Shown here piece by piece: positions 43,201 to 55,200 of a DNA stretch of 64,000 bases. Origin of the DNA: Tubiluchus corallicola (Eukaryota; Animalia; Priapulida). The stretch lies in NCBI GenBank assembly GCA_030141605.1, contig JAQGDQ010000077.1, positions 372,001 through 436,000 on the forward strand, written 5' to 3'. The position numbers were made by a program, and so were the translations under genes. The notes under the pieces are model-generated. The model saw only the letters and a list, made by a program, of their open reading frames with translations, had not been told where the DNA came from and made no database searches. Within the stretch, counting starts at the first letter, position 1. Each line of letters opens with the position of its first letter.

Positions 43201-46200
43201 ACTTCACAGGATGACCAGGTTGTAATTTGAACTGAGGATCTAAGACAGAGAGTGCTTTCAGTAAAGTAATTTCTCTATCACCTGTGATGCTAAAGTGCAG
43301 CAAAAACTGATTATAATTCAATTGCTGTGTGTGGCTATCACAGAAAATATCAAACAAGGCATGCTTTAGTGCTCTAGGAACGTCGAATCCTTCAGGTTTT
43401 GTAGGAGGTGAATTTTCAAACCATAGTATCACAGAATCGTATTCTGCCTTTGACAGAAACCCAGTGAAGTTTTGGTCCCTCTTAGTGAATGCATCTCTTA
43501 CTTCAAGTAAATCACGAAGAGATGGAGCATAGCTCTGTAATATCGATATAATACTTCTTCGCCAGTCAGCAATTCCAATTTTAAAGTTAGATATGGACAC
43601 CAAGAGACGAAATACATCATCAAACGACTCTAGCCACTGTTTCGGCAGAGATGGCCTAGGGCTCGTCACACTGGCAATGTTTCTCAGCACAGCTGAAAAT
43701 GTACATGTTGACATAAATCCATCTGGTGCTTCTTGTTTGAAATGATTGGCAAGTGTAAGAAGTTGTCGGACAGTTAAACGATCGTAATATTCATATTCCT
43801 CAGGAGGAGGTGGAGGTTGAGGTATAGGGTTAGCATACAGCAAAATGCTTTCGTCTATGAAAAAGTTATCACGGTCCATAACTAGTTCTCGTTGAACGGG
43901 CTCTCCTTTTTCGATTGCTCTTCCTGTGACTGCACTCAAGACCTCGATGCACTGAGTTTCTCGGACATAACGAGCTTCTAATAATTTTCGCATTTCGTTG
44001 AAAACACACTCACACCTGGTGTACAAGTCATGCAGCTCATTAGTTGCCTTTTCCTTTATTATAGAAAGTTGGCGTTGACATCGTTCTTTTTCCTCAGAGT
44101 GTACAATAATATACTCAGTAAGGATTTCATCTGTTTCATTGTTTTCACTTGGTGCATACACATAAGTCAAGTCTTTCATTTCAGGCATTTGGTAAGCAGC
44201 ATATGCATGTTGATTTGCATGCAAGCCTTGTGTTTTCAATACCAAATTTTCTTTTTCCAACAAAACACATTTTGCTACAATCTCATTGGCAGCCTCATAT
44301 GCATCTAAGAACACATTTTGCTGCTCCTCAAAAACTTGTGCGGTAGTGCGCTGATTCTTATCAAGAGGTGGTGTCTCTATAGTGCCACCGCGTTTTTTGG
44401 AATGAGTATGTGACACGGATGAGCTGGTAGTGCTTGTTAAATCATCAGTTGGTGATTGAGGTGGATTTGGCGGGACTGGATACTTTGGGTCATCACATGA
44501 CAACTGAGACACAAACAAAGCTTCCTGAACTTGCAAGGGTTCAGTCAAGTCATGCTGCCGCAAGGATGTATAGTAATCTGTGATGATTGCAATTGTGTTA
44601 AGGAACCGATCAATTTCAGCTTGCATTAGTAATGTGTAGTAATTTGTGATCATTGCTGAATTATCATTAAACCAGCCAGAAGCAGCAATTTTGGCTCTCT
44701 CATCCTGAGCTTCATTACGTCTAGAGTCACATATTTCCCACAGTGTTTCAAGCAAATTACCTAGTCGATGGTGGAGATCATTTTTTACTTCTTCATCATT
44801 TCTCATGTCTTCAGAAATGCTATTGAAATCTGCTTGCCATTGGGACACAAACTCTTGCTTGTGATCGGGACGTTTCAGAAATGAAATAAAGTCAATCTGT
44901 ATATTATACAAATACCCATAACTCAGTTTACTTTCATTCCGAAGTTTGTTGAAAATGTCCTTGCAAGCAACAATGTAACTGGCTTCCATCATTAGCCACT
45001 GTATAAATATTCCCTCTGCAATGTCTGTTTGAAGGACAAACTCTACAAAAGTTTGCATACAAGCTGGGCCTGGAAGTGGTGATGGTGCAATCGGTACCAA
45101 TTCCTCTCGGTCCTGCTTGCGTTTTAATTCCTCTTCTTCCAACTTTCGCCGAGCAGCCTCTTCATCATATACAATCTCTTGCTTTTGAGGTTGTTTAGCG
45201 GCGCGCTTAGAAAATTTTGAACCTTTACGCTTTCCTACAGTTGCTGGTCTTGATGGTCTCCTAATATTAATGACCTTTACATGACTTGACTTTTTCTTTT
45301 CTTGTCGTGAAAGTTCCCCATGAACAGGACATGGAGAAGTCTTGTTCGGAAACATCCTCAAACAATATGGATCATGAGTAGCTGGCATTTCTATCTGCAG
45401 TATATCACAGACAATCTTTACAGCTTGACGACACATGATATCCTGGTCTGCAGTTCCTTCAACTATTCTTAATACTCCAAATTTTTGCAGCCAATTTTTG
45501 AAAACAGGCCAATTCTCACAAAAGCAGACAAAATTCTGAAAAAGATGTGCAAATGAATATTCTCCAAAAAGTATCTGAGATTCTATTGTATCTACACCTG
45601 CCACTAGTGATGACATGGGCTTATTTGCCTCCCTTTTTCCTAATGGTGATCTGGAAGTGGTTGTAAAGATCTTACTAGGATTACTGCCTTTCTTAATTAG
45701 TTCCCTTTTATATGCAAATGCGCCATTAGTTGCTCTTGTTATAGCATCTTTGTTAGGAGTATCAACACAAATAATAGCATCAAAACCACTCTTGAGTGGC
45801 AGTTTTTCCCATCTGTTTGTAGGATCAGGCATTAGCACAGACCGTTCTAGTTGGCATCCACTGCTGGCTTTCATTACCAATTCAAAATCTGTTTGTTCTT
45901 CCGTATCAATGTGATTACAACCAGTTAATATGTGTTCAACAATCTTTGCTTGGTTTAAGTTAAAAGGAAACCCATCAGAAATCCATGCCCTTCCATCAGG
46001 AATTCGTTTAAGTCCTAGCAAGAAGATTTCACACAAAGTTTGATCATCAATTTCTTCTCCTGCACGAATGCACCGTAAAGCTTGCTTGCCCAGTTTCTGT
46101 CTTTCTGACAAATTCTCATCACTTTCACTCTTAGAAATAATAGCCTTAGTGACTTTAGCAGGCACGTCTTCACTAGAGTAGCCCACGATTTCTCCACTAT

Positions 46201-49200
46201 TTATATCATCTATTTGATTTTCAAGATTTACAGTAACATCATCCTCTTGTTCTTCAGTAATTTCAGTAGCTGCTCCCATAACATGTTGATATATTTTTTC
46301 TGGATCCACATCATTCAGGTTTTCGATCGGAGAGTACTGGTTTTCATCAACTGAACTAACAGATTGAACTTTTACAGGAGCATTCTTTTCATAATCTTCA
46401 ATTGCTTCTTGAATGAGCTCTTGTATAACAACAATATGAAAATTGAATACATCTCTCAAAGTGGCTGCAATAGTAGACTTCCCACTGCATTGCTTTCCAA
46501 CAAGAAATATCTTGATGGGTGCTTTTGGCAATTCTTCTGGAGTGGGAGGTGGTGGGGGAGGCTGAATTAGATGCCTAGCCCGCCCAATAATATTGCCAAG
46601 GATTCTATTTTTTTCCTGAATGATATCATAATCTAATTTACTGCTGATATTTGCCCATCGGTGTGGATAATTAATATACTGCATAAATTCTGCAGAATTG
46701 AGAAGATTTTGTCTGTGCAGCTCAGCTTCTACATTCCCTTCATCAACTTCCCCTAGTTCTGCTTCTTCTGGAATTTCACATTCAAGATCAGTCCTTGCAA
46801 TACTTTCAATTGGTTGCTCATTCATCAACAAATATTTCCACTCTGCCAGAAACTTTCTTGGTATGTCTTTATCTGTTAATTTGCGAAACTCTATAATCTT
46901 TATGACAAACTCCAGTATACTGTACACCATTTCTCTGCAAAACTGAATGTGTTTTTCATGTTTTTTAGCCATTGTTTCTGTCAATAAGGCCTTGTGAAGT
47001 TGCTGCTGTCGCTCAATTTCTGCAAACTGCTCCTCTTTAAGTTGCAATAATCGTTGCGTTTCCTTCTCCAAAGCAAGCCTATATTCTTGTTCTCTTTGCT
47101 CTTTATATTGTATATCTCTGTCTACTCTGAAACAAACAATATTCCTGATTGTAACAAAAAGTAAATCACGTAATCAGTAACCAACTGGATTATGATATTT
47201 CAAACTGCAGCGGAACCAAGAACAGAATGTAACCGTACTTTTGTGCCAATGTTTTTAACTACAAATCAAGTACACCAATGTTTAACGTGTTCTAATATTT
47301 CAAAGTTATATAAACAGCGCATAGAAAATATGAATAAATGAAACATTCTTCATAAATGAAATCAACACTGAACTTGATAAAAACACTGGTTTCACCTATA
47401 ATCTGCTCACAGAATGGCGGCTATTGCTTCATCCTTTGTCTGCTACCCACCTTCCAGGTCCCTCCCGAGATAGAAAAAACAAACCTTTTACGAGACTGGT
47501 TCTTCCAAATTAGTCAACTTCATAATTCACGCACTGGTGAATTTTGATTTCCATTTTTGCATTCAAAGATCATTAAGGCATTTCAAGTTTATTCTTGCTC
47601 GGGGTTATAGATTGTACAGTGTTCATTTTGTCCTGTCTCAGATGTGTTTAGTTTTATATGGGTTTAAGCTTGTGTGAATTAAACCTGTGTTTCACTCAGC
47701 AGTTTATATCACCTATCAATGAAGTAGCCAACAGGTAAAAATTGCAATTTTAATGCTCAGTTTAAATTTATATTTCCATTTAATATGAATTGTACCAGTC
47801 TAGTTCAGTGTTTTTTAAACTTTAAATTTTTTCGTCTAGCAATTTAAATTATTATTTTGATTTTATCATCTTGTACATTACTTAATTTTAGTTATCTTGT
47901 AGCTGTAATGTTTGACGAAAAGATCTGAGAATCTCAAAACATCAATAAAATAATCTCAATAAAATATGTAGTTATCATGTTTAAATGGCAGCAGTGGCAA
48001 ATTAAGGTTTCATGGAGCCCGGTGCAACTTTGGCACCCCATTTTTAGCGAGCGTTTGTAGGTGGCTGGTCCACTTGCACCCCCCCCTTAATACACCACTG
48101 TTTAATAGCACATTTTTTTTGTTGCTTCATGTAACAGTAATTGTCATTATTTTTCGTTCTAACTGTGCAACTAAATATTTTCGTATTATGCTAATAGCTT
48201 CCATTCACCTAGTATTGAGCCTTTATTTTGGAATTTTTTATCCAGAAAATGTGCTTGAGTTATGCGAGCTATATCAGGCACAGGCACAAAGTCCCACAAA
48301 ACTGGAAACTTGCAGTAAATAAAAATCCCCAACAGAGAAACATAATGCCCTTTATAGTCTCAAAGATTATAATATTTATAATTAAATATTATTGAATATA
48401 ATTAAATTTATATTATAATCTTTGAGACTAAAAAGGGCATTACGTTTTCCCCTGTTAATGATGACAAGTCTCAGGAGAATCTCTCGTATTTCAAATAAAA
48501 ATCTCCATTACACCTCTATGCAAACCTCCAAACTGGGCCAAGTTCATTTGATCACTTTAACCACGAGAATCAAAGTTACCTGTTTTGGATAATCTGTCCC
48601 TTCTCCAGGCGGGTTTGCATTAGATGGGCTGCAATACGCTGCTCCTCCACTGTCTGCCTCATCAGGTCAAGAACTAGGGATTCTTCTCTTTGTAACTTTA
48701 ACAACTAAAAAGAAAGTTACTTGTTCCATGATTGTCTCAATACGTTGCCCTTTCACCGAAGTGAAAAGTGAGCATGACTTCTAACAAGCTGCTGGATCAT
48801 ACAGAAACATTTTCTGCAATCAGTTCCATTTTGTATTTATTGCAAATTTCTATTTTTGCAACATTTACAGATTTCGCAAAGTGTGCATTAGATTATATCA
48901 GAACCTTGTTTTTATGTTTACAGCTAAGTACAACAATTGCAAGAAAAGAGTTGCAAAAAGATAAGGAAAGGTAATCTAAAGCTATATAAGGAAGGACTTG
49001 TAGAAATGATGATACATAGGAATGAATTCCTAAAATGTCAATGCTTTTAATAAACTGCAACAAGGTTGCAAAGCCACACAATATCTGGAATCACAGCGCA
49101 ATAAGACATACTTTCACTAATATTTATATGTATATATAATATATATATATATACAGTGGGCGCAGTTTATTAGATTCACGGTTAATAGACTCAATGGGTT

Positions 49201-52200
49201 AACTGATTCAAAAATGTCTGGTACGGGCCTATTCAAATGTATATAAAAACTGTCGGCAAATGACTCAAATTACTCCGCATAATTGGCTCAATATTTTTAC
49301 TTCATATGCTTAAATAAAACTCTTTTGTGTGACCAATGAGCTTTCACTATTTTTATGTCATCTTAGTTCATTTTTGTAAGCTATAATATACACAGAAACA
49401 ATCTTGTTAAGTACCGTTTTGTTTGTAAGCAACTACGTTTATCATGCACTAATATGTTAGCGTAATGGTTTTTGCTTTGAATCTGTTACCCGCTCAGAAT
49501 TGGGTCAAAACACATCAGTCCCAAAGTGAGTCTTTTAAGTGGCACCACAGGACTACCTAGTACCTTTATCCCAATCGAATCACAAGTCTTTTTTGCCCTT
49601 CTATCATACGGCAAACAGTTTAATGCTCGATTTAAATCTGAAAATCATTGTTTTTTTACCATTTCTTCTGCTCTTAGACGTTCAACCATAACTTGCTTTC
49701 TTCGCATTGTCCTAAGTTTCCTACCCTCCTCATCGTCAATGATCCTCTGGCGAATAGTCTAAATTAAATTTAAAACATGTTTGGAACCAAGTGAAATTCT
49801 AAATATAACTGTCCCAGGTCTTCTAATTTTATTATAATTATTTACTCGAAAAATTATTGTCCAATATACAGAAGGTAGACAATGAGCCATGTTGTTAGAC
49901 TTTCAAGCTAGTGCACTTTAGCACTTAACCAATTTACTTTATTTCCAAGAATTTTGAACACACTGGTACTTACTTGAATATATTGTCTGTTGCTAGCTGG
50001 CTGAAAAATTGTTGATCGAGTTCTACATGCTTCCCTATCCAGCTCGGGAAACAGTGCAAGGTTAACGTCTCTAGGTTTAAGCTTCTGTTCAAAAAGATCA
50101 ATATCCTGAATTACACGCCTTGCCTCTTCTTTCTTCTGTGAATCCAGTTTAGATACATTTGTTTTTATTGGCTTGTGGTACCATGGCCTTTTGCTAGATT
50201 TGCCAGACTTCCCTGATGCAATTTTATTTTCCACTACTGCGACATGTGCAACAAGTGAATCCATTGTAGCTAGACATCACAATTGTCAATCAATGCACAT
50301 TATACTATCTTTATACAATGTCAAGTTTTATTGATTGCAAAAATGAATTTGTATGGCCACAACCTATGGAAACTTATCTAGTTGTCATTTTAGTCACATA
50401 GTTAGCAGAAAAATAGTCACTCATTTCAGTCATTTGAATTGACTTTTCAACCAGCTGAGTAGGTCATGGTATACGAAGCCTAAGAAAATTATTTAGGCTG
50501 TCCAGTAAATGAAAAGCAACTTAATTCTAGGCATTTTCATCTAATGTGCTGCCACTTGCTATATCTCTATAATTACACACACATACACATTCAGACTAAA
50601 ACACCGTAGGACACTCTAGTGTGATGCCTGGTACATGTAATGCATAGGTACATGTACTCTATGGCAAAGTTTGCTTCTTCGTTTTGTCATAAAATAATAT
50701 TAACAAGTGAGCTGCGAAAGATAAATATATTACACTTAGATCTATTACTACGTAATATGTGTGCTTGCAAACCAAAATCGTACATAAATCGGCATAGTTA
50801 AAACTACGTTATGATGCTTCAAAGCAGAAAGCACCAAAAATTTCGTCAAATGTCGATTTTTTATTTTTAATGAAAACAAATGCTAAATATAATGGACTTT
50901 TATATTCTAGCATCAGATTATCAGGAAAATGTCCAAAAAATACTAAAAATCTAATTTCATAACTCCTTACCCACTTTTCTGTCTTGAAACCAGTACTGCA
51001 ATTGTAAAAAACGTGCATTTTCTAACTCTGATTGTAGCTCATGGAAGCAGCCATTATGCTTCGGGTTTTCTCTGACAAGGCCAGATCTTTGTCAGGAAGA
51101 GCCATCTACTGGATTTAAACATAACTTCAATTTGCTCTTGTAAAGTCCATAGCAACCACACTTTCGTACGTTTACTAAGTGTTTTGTAGAGATATGACAA
51201 AAAACAATGGAGGTTTATTGTCTTTTGCAATGTCTTTTTGGAAGTTTATTACAGCACTGTTAGCTAGTATTTTTTTATAGTCGTTATCTGTTTTTAAAAT
51301 GATCTATTCAAAACATTAACATTCCGTTCCCATTAATTTTAGCAGATTCTGCATCAGTACCCTGTGTTCTAATGTAGCTATTTTTTAAACGATTATTTAA
51401 GGTTATTAAATTTATTTCGAGCTATTTTGTAACTTCTATAACTGGTTTGACTTTTCATTTTCTCTTAGAAATCGTTTTTGGTTTCACTTAAAATAATAAT
51501 TCTGAATTACTCCATGCGCTTTCAGATTTTTGTCTATAACAATAATTCCAGAATATGCTTTGAGAATATAGTTTTATACGGAGCATGTATAATATTCTAT
51601 ATCCAGAGAGCATTCTACATTGTTAATTAAATATTATATTTCTCACATAGTGTAGTTCATAATAGTTGGTTTATTTTAGTAGTTCGCCTTACCAAAATTG
51701 CTAACAGCAATTACTCTAACTGCAATCAGTAATAATGCAACATTAAAATTTCCATTTCGGTCACGCGAGCAACGTTCGCATAGAACCACACTGTCTTCTT
51801 GATTCACGTTGCCACGCAACAAATGTAGTCGCCGACTCGCCATCTATAGTCGCTTGTAGGAAATAAGTAAAAAATTAATAATTATTGTAAGAAAATTAGC
51901 ATAAATTTAATCTCTTACATTCAGAAATGTTTGGTTTTTGTTTCTGTTGCAGTTTTTTGCTTCGGTAACATGATACATCAAGGGCTGCTTTATGCTAAAG
52001 CTGTGGAAACGAATTCTTGTGCAGACTTTACGGATCATTTAAAGCCCTTGCTACATTTCTTATTCAGTTTTCTACAACTTTTCTACATATTTAAGCGATC
52101 AAATGTAAGTTTTATGAATAACAGTTTTGTACGTGCCATTTTGTCTACATAGTCAAATGCGTTTCTCTCTCATTTAAACCAGATTCAACCAAAACGAGGT

Positions 52201-55200
52201 ATATGTGAAAAAATTCAAAGAAGTAGGGCTGAGTCTGGACTTTAACCTTTCCAAATGTCGGTTTATTCCCACCCTAAAACTAATACTAGGAAATATTAGA
52301 TTTGTTGCCGAGTTGTTAAATTATTATTGAATTGAGGTCTGTAGGTTTGACGGTTGATTTGTTAGTCAGTTTGTTGCTTGGTTAGTTATTAAAATATTTA
52401 ATTACTTTATCACTTACATAGCTAGATAGTCAAAATTAATTAATCAATTAATTAGTCGATTAATCAATTAATTAGTCAATTAATCAGTCAGTCGGTCGGA
52501 TCAGTGTAATCAGCGGTCAGTCCCTCAAATGGTTAATTAGTTATAGTTAGCAAGCGGTAGCTAGTTAATTAGTTAACTACTTAATATTAATTAATTAGTT
52601 ACTTAGTCACTCAGTCAGACAACCATCAGTGAGCAAGTGCGTGAGTCAGGCAGTCAGTCACTTAGTGAGTAAGTGAGTGAGTGAGTCAGTGAATGAGTCA
52701 GTCAATCAGTGATCCAATCAGTCAGTATGTCTGTTATTGAATTCCTTCGTTTGGTCATATTGCATGAATTCCCTTGTGCAGTTGTTCAATTAATTATTAA
52801 AATATTAATTTTAGTTAATCAGTCGGTCAGTAGTCAGTCTATTAGTATATGTATCTGTCATTTAATTAGCGAAGTAGTTAATTGGTTAGTTAATTAGTTA
52901 CTTAGTTATTTAACTGGTTGGTTGATAGGGGTGGTCATTCAGTCAGTTAGTTGGTCATTTGGCTGGTGAGTTGGCTGGTTGGCCAGCCGTTTAGTCTATC
53001 AGTCAGCTAATCTTTAAGTTTATTCGTTTGCTTACTTCTTTGCTTGGTTTGTTTTATAACAAGCGTCTGTTTGTTTGTTCAGGCATGTGGTGTAGCACGA
53101 ATTTCTTTTCCCCGGTGACAAAAACTAATCTGCTCACTCTTATTGTCACTTAATGGATTGAAGAGTAATTGATTATGCATTATTACAGGTAATTATTAAT
53201 CAAGATAAAGCTCTCGCCCGATTTGGAATGATGCATGTATTAGCAACGAATCTTTGTGTCTGGTTTGAAACTCTGATTCACGAGGCTGTAGTTGAAATAT
53301 ACCACGATCATGACATGACTGTTAAGGATCCGCTCATTAAAGCATATTTCAAGGCTTACGCAGAAGAACACGATATTAGTAAGTTGAAAGCTCAAGTAAT
53401 TTGTGAATTTTGATCATTGCTGTCCTTATTAATTAATGTTAAGCTTGTTTTAGCTTGTTCCAGTACTTCAGCTTTGAAATTACTTTTAATTATACGTACT
53501 TTATTTCATTCAACCTGAACAAGGAGAAATAATCAATCCATGTTCCATGTCTTTTTAGACGTAACAGAAGCCACGCCTCCCAGTAAGGATCCTTGTGATA
53601 CTTATCAGAACGGCTCTTACAAAAGCGCCATATCCGAAGTCGAAGCGAATATAGCTGTATACCTGTATCCACTTACTATCGAGTACAGCCTCATCTCTGC
53701 AGGCATATTCTACATGATGTGGCATAACGTGGGGAAGGTACGTTATTACTGTACAGTGTTTCACAAGTCACTATAGATTACATTTTCTATATTATTTTAA
53801 CAAACAAAGAAAAACTTTTGAAAATTGGCACAGATGAACAAAAACCTTGGAGAATTCTTTTGGTCTAATGAGACGAAAATCTGAAAAGAACTACTGCACT
53901 TTGCTATTGCTATTGATATTTTGGTATTTCCATTATCTTCTTCAGCAACTTCAAGAGCTTAAATTCAGAGACTGGTCCCAAAGCCTAAAAAGTGTTTCTA
54001 TCATGTTCTGGGGCGTTTTTCAAAGTGGGTAACATAGCCAGTCTTCTCAATTTGATATGCTGAATCCGAAAAAACTGCTACCGGCTTAAAAAATTAACCG
54101 AAAATGGTCAAAAAACGCAAAAAAACAAAATAGTTGCAAAGTTTTTATGCACACAATGTAAATCAAAACAAGCTCCAAAAACTTAATATTAGGAAGCAAT
54201 GATGTCATCTATTCCAGGGCCTTTGAAGTCCGTTTCTGTTACTTTTTATGCAAAAATGGTCGTTATTTTCAAAATGGCCGCCGCACAACAAGAAATTATG
54301 CCGATCAATTAGATTACCTGTTTTACCAAAATATTTCTTATAAAAAGAAAAAGCAAGTCAGTTTTATTAATTCGACCTTGTTGAATCTAAATATTGCTAG
54401 ACCAATAAAAGGATGCAATAAGTTATAAGCAAAGAATAAAATGGCCACCAGGTCCCTGACAGCAGAATGGTGAAATTGCTCATGTCGTCTAAAAGTTATG
54501 AAACTCACCACAATGCTAGAACCTGTCAAGGTTAATAATTTATTAATTTTGGATATGGAGTCAATAAAAAAAATCTTCCAATATGGGCATCGTTTTCAAG
54601 ATGACAAACAAGATGGCTCGCTAGTATATCATATATAGCCTATATCTCAATTGTTATAAAAGATAAGATGATGATTTTATGTGTCTAAATATAGGTTTTA
54701 AAGGTCAAGCAATCCACAAGTGATGCAAACACTTATCTGCTCTAGCAGCTAAGATTCGACTGTCAAAAACTAGCAATTATAGCTATCGATTTTGTCGGCA
54801 TTTTGAAAGTGGCGGCAATATTGGATGATTTATTTTCGATTGGTCTCATATCCAAAATGAATCATCTTGATGGGTTTTAGCATTGTGCAGTTTTGTAACT
54901 TTTAAATGAAATGAACAAATTTTTCACCGTTTTGCTCGATAATCTGGCGGCCATTTGACATTTGACATTTGACCTTATTTAGAATTTCAAGATTCTTGCT
55001 AAGATGGTTGCAGCCACGTGACTAATATATTAGCTTTATTGCCTGTCCTAAGGCAGTGAGGATGATGATTTTAGCATTTAAATATATGATGATTTTAGTA
55101 TTTAAATATAAGGTTTCACTGTAAATGTTATAGAATAGTATCCAATGCATCTGCCACTTTTAAGATGGTCAACAAGATTTCTGTCGCTAGCACATGATTT

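Noticed and set aside
43329-46946. Several plus-strand short ORFs
   Set aside because: Antisense shadows of the long SPEF2-like exon
47458-47536. Plus-strand exon-like segment (ttccag|GTCCCT...ACTG|gtgaat) inside a SPEF2-like intron, a possible interleaved otopetrin exon
   Set aside because: Exon 42240-42372 already supplies the HAGS-FLK-G motif and joins 51953 in phase; this segment has no otopetrin similarity and incompatible phase
51925-51952. Alternative upstream acceptor giving KCLVFVSVAV
   Set aside because: It is the polypyrimidine tract of the 51952 acceptor, and it is phase 0, incompatible with the phase-1 donor at 42372
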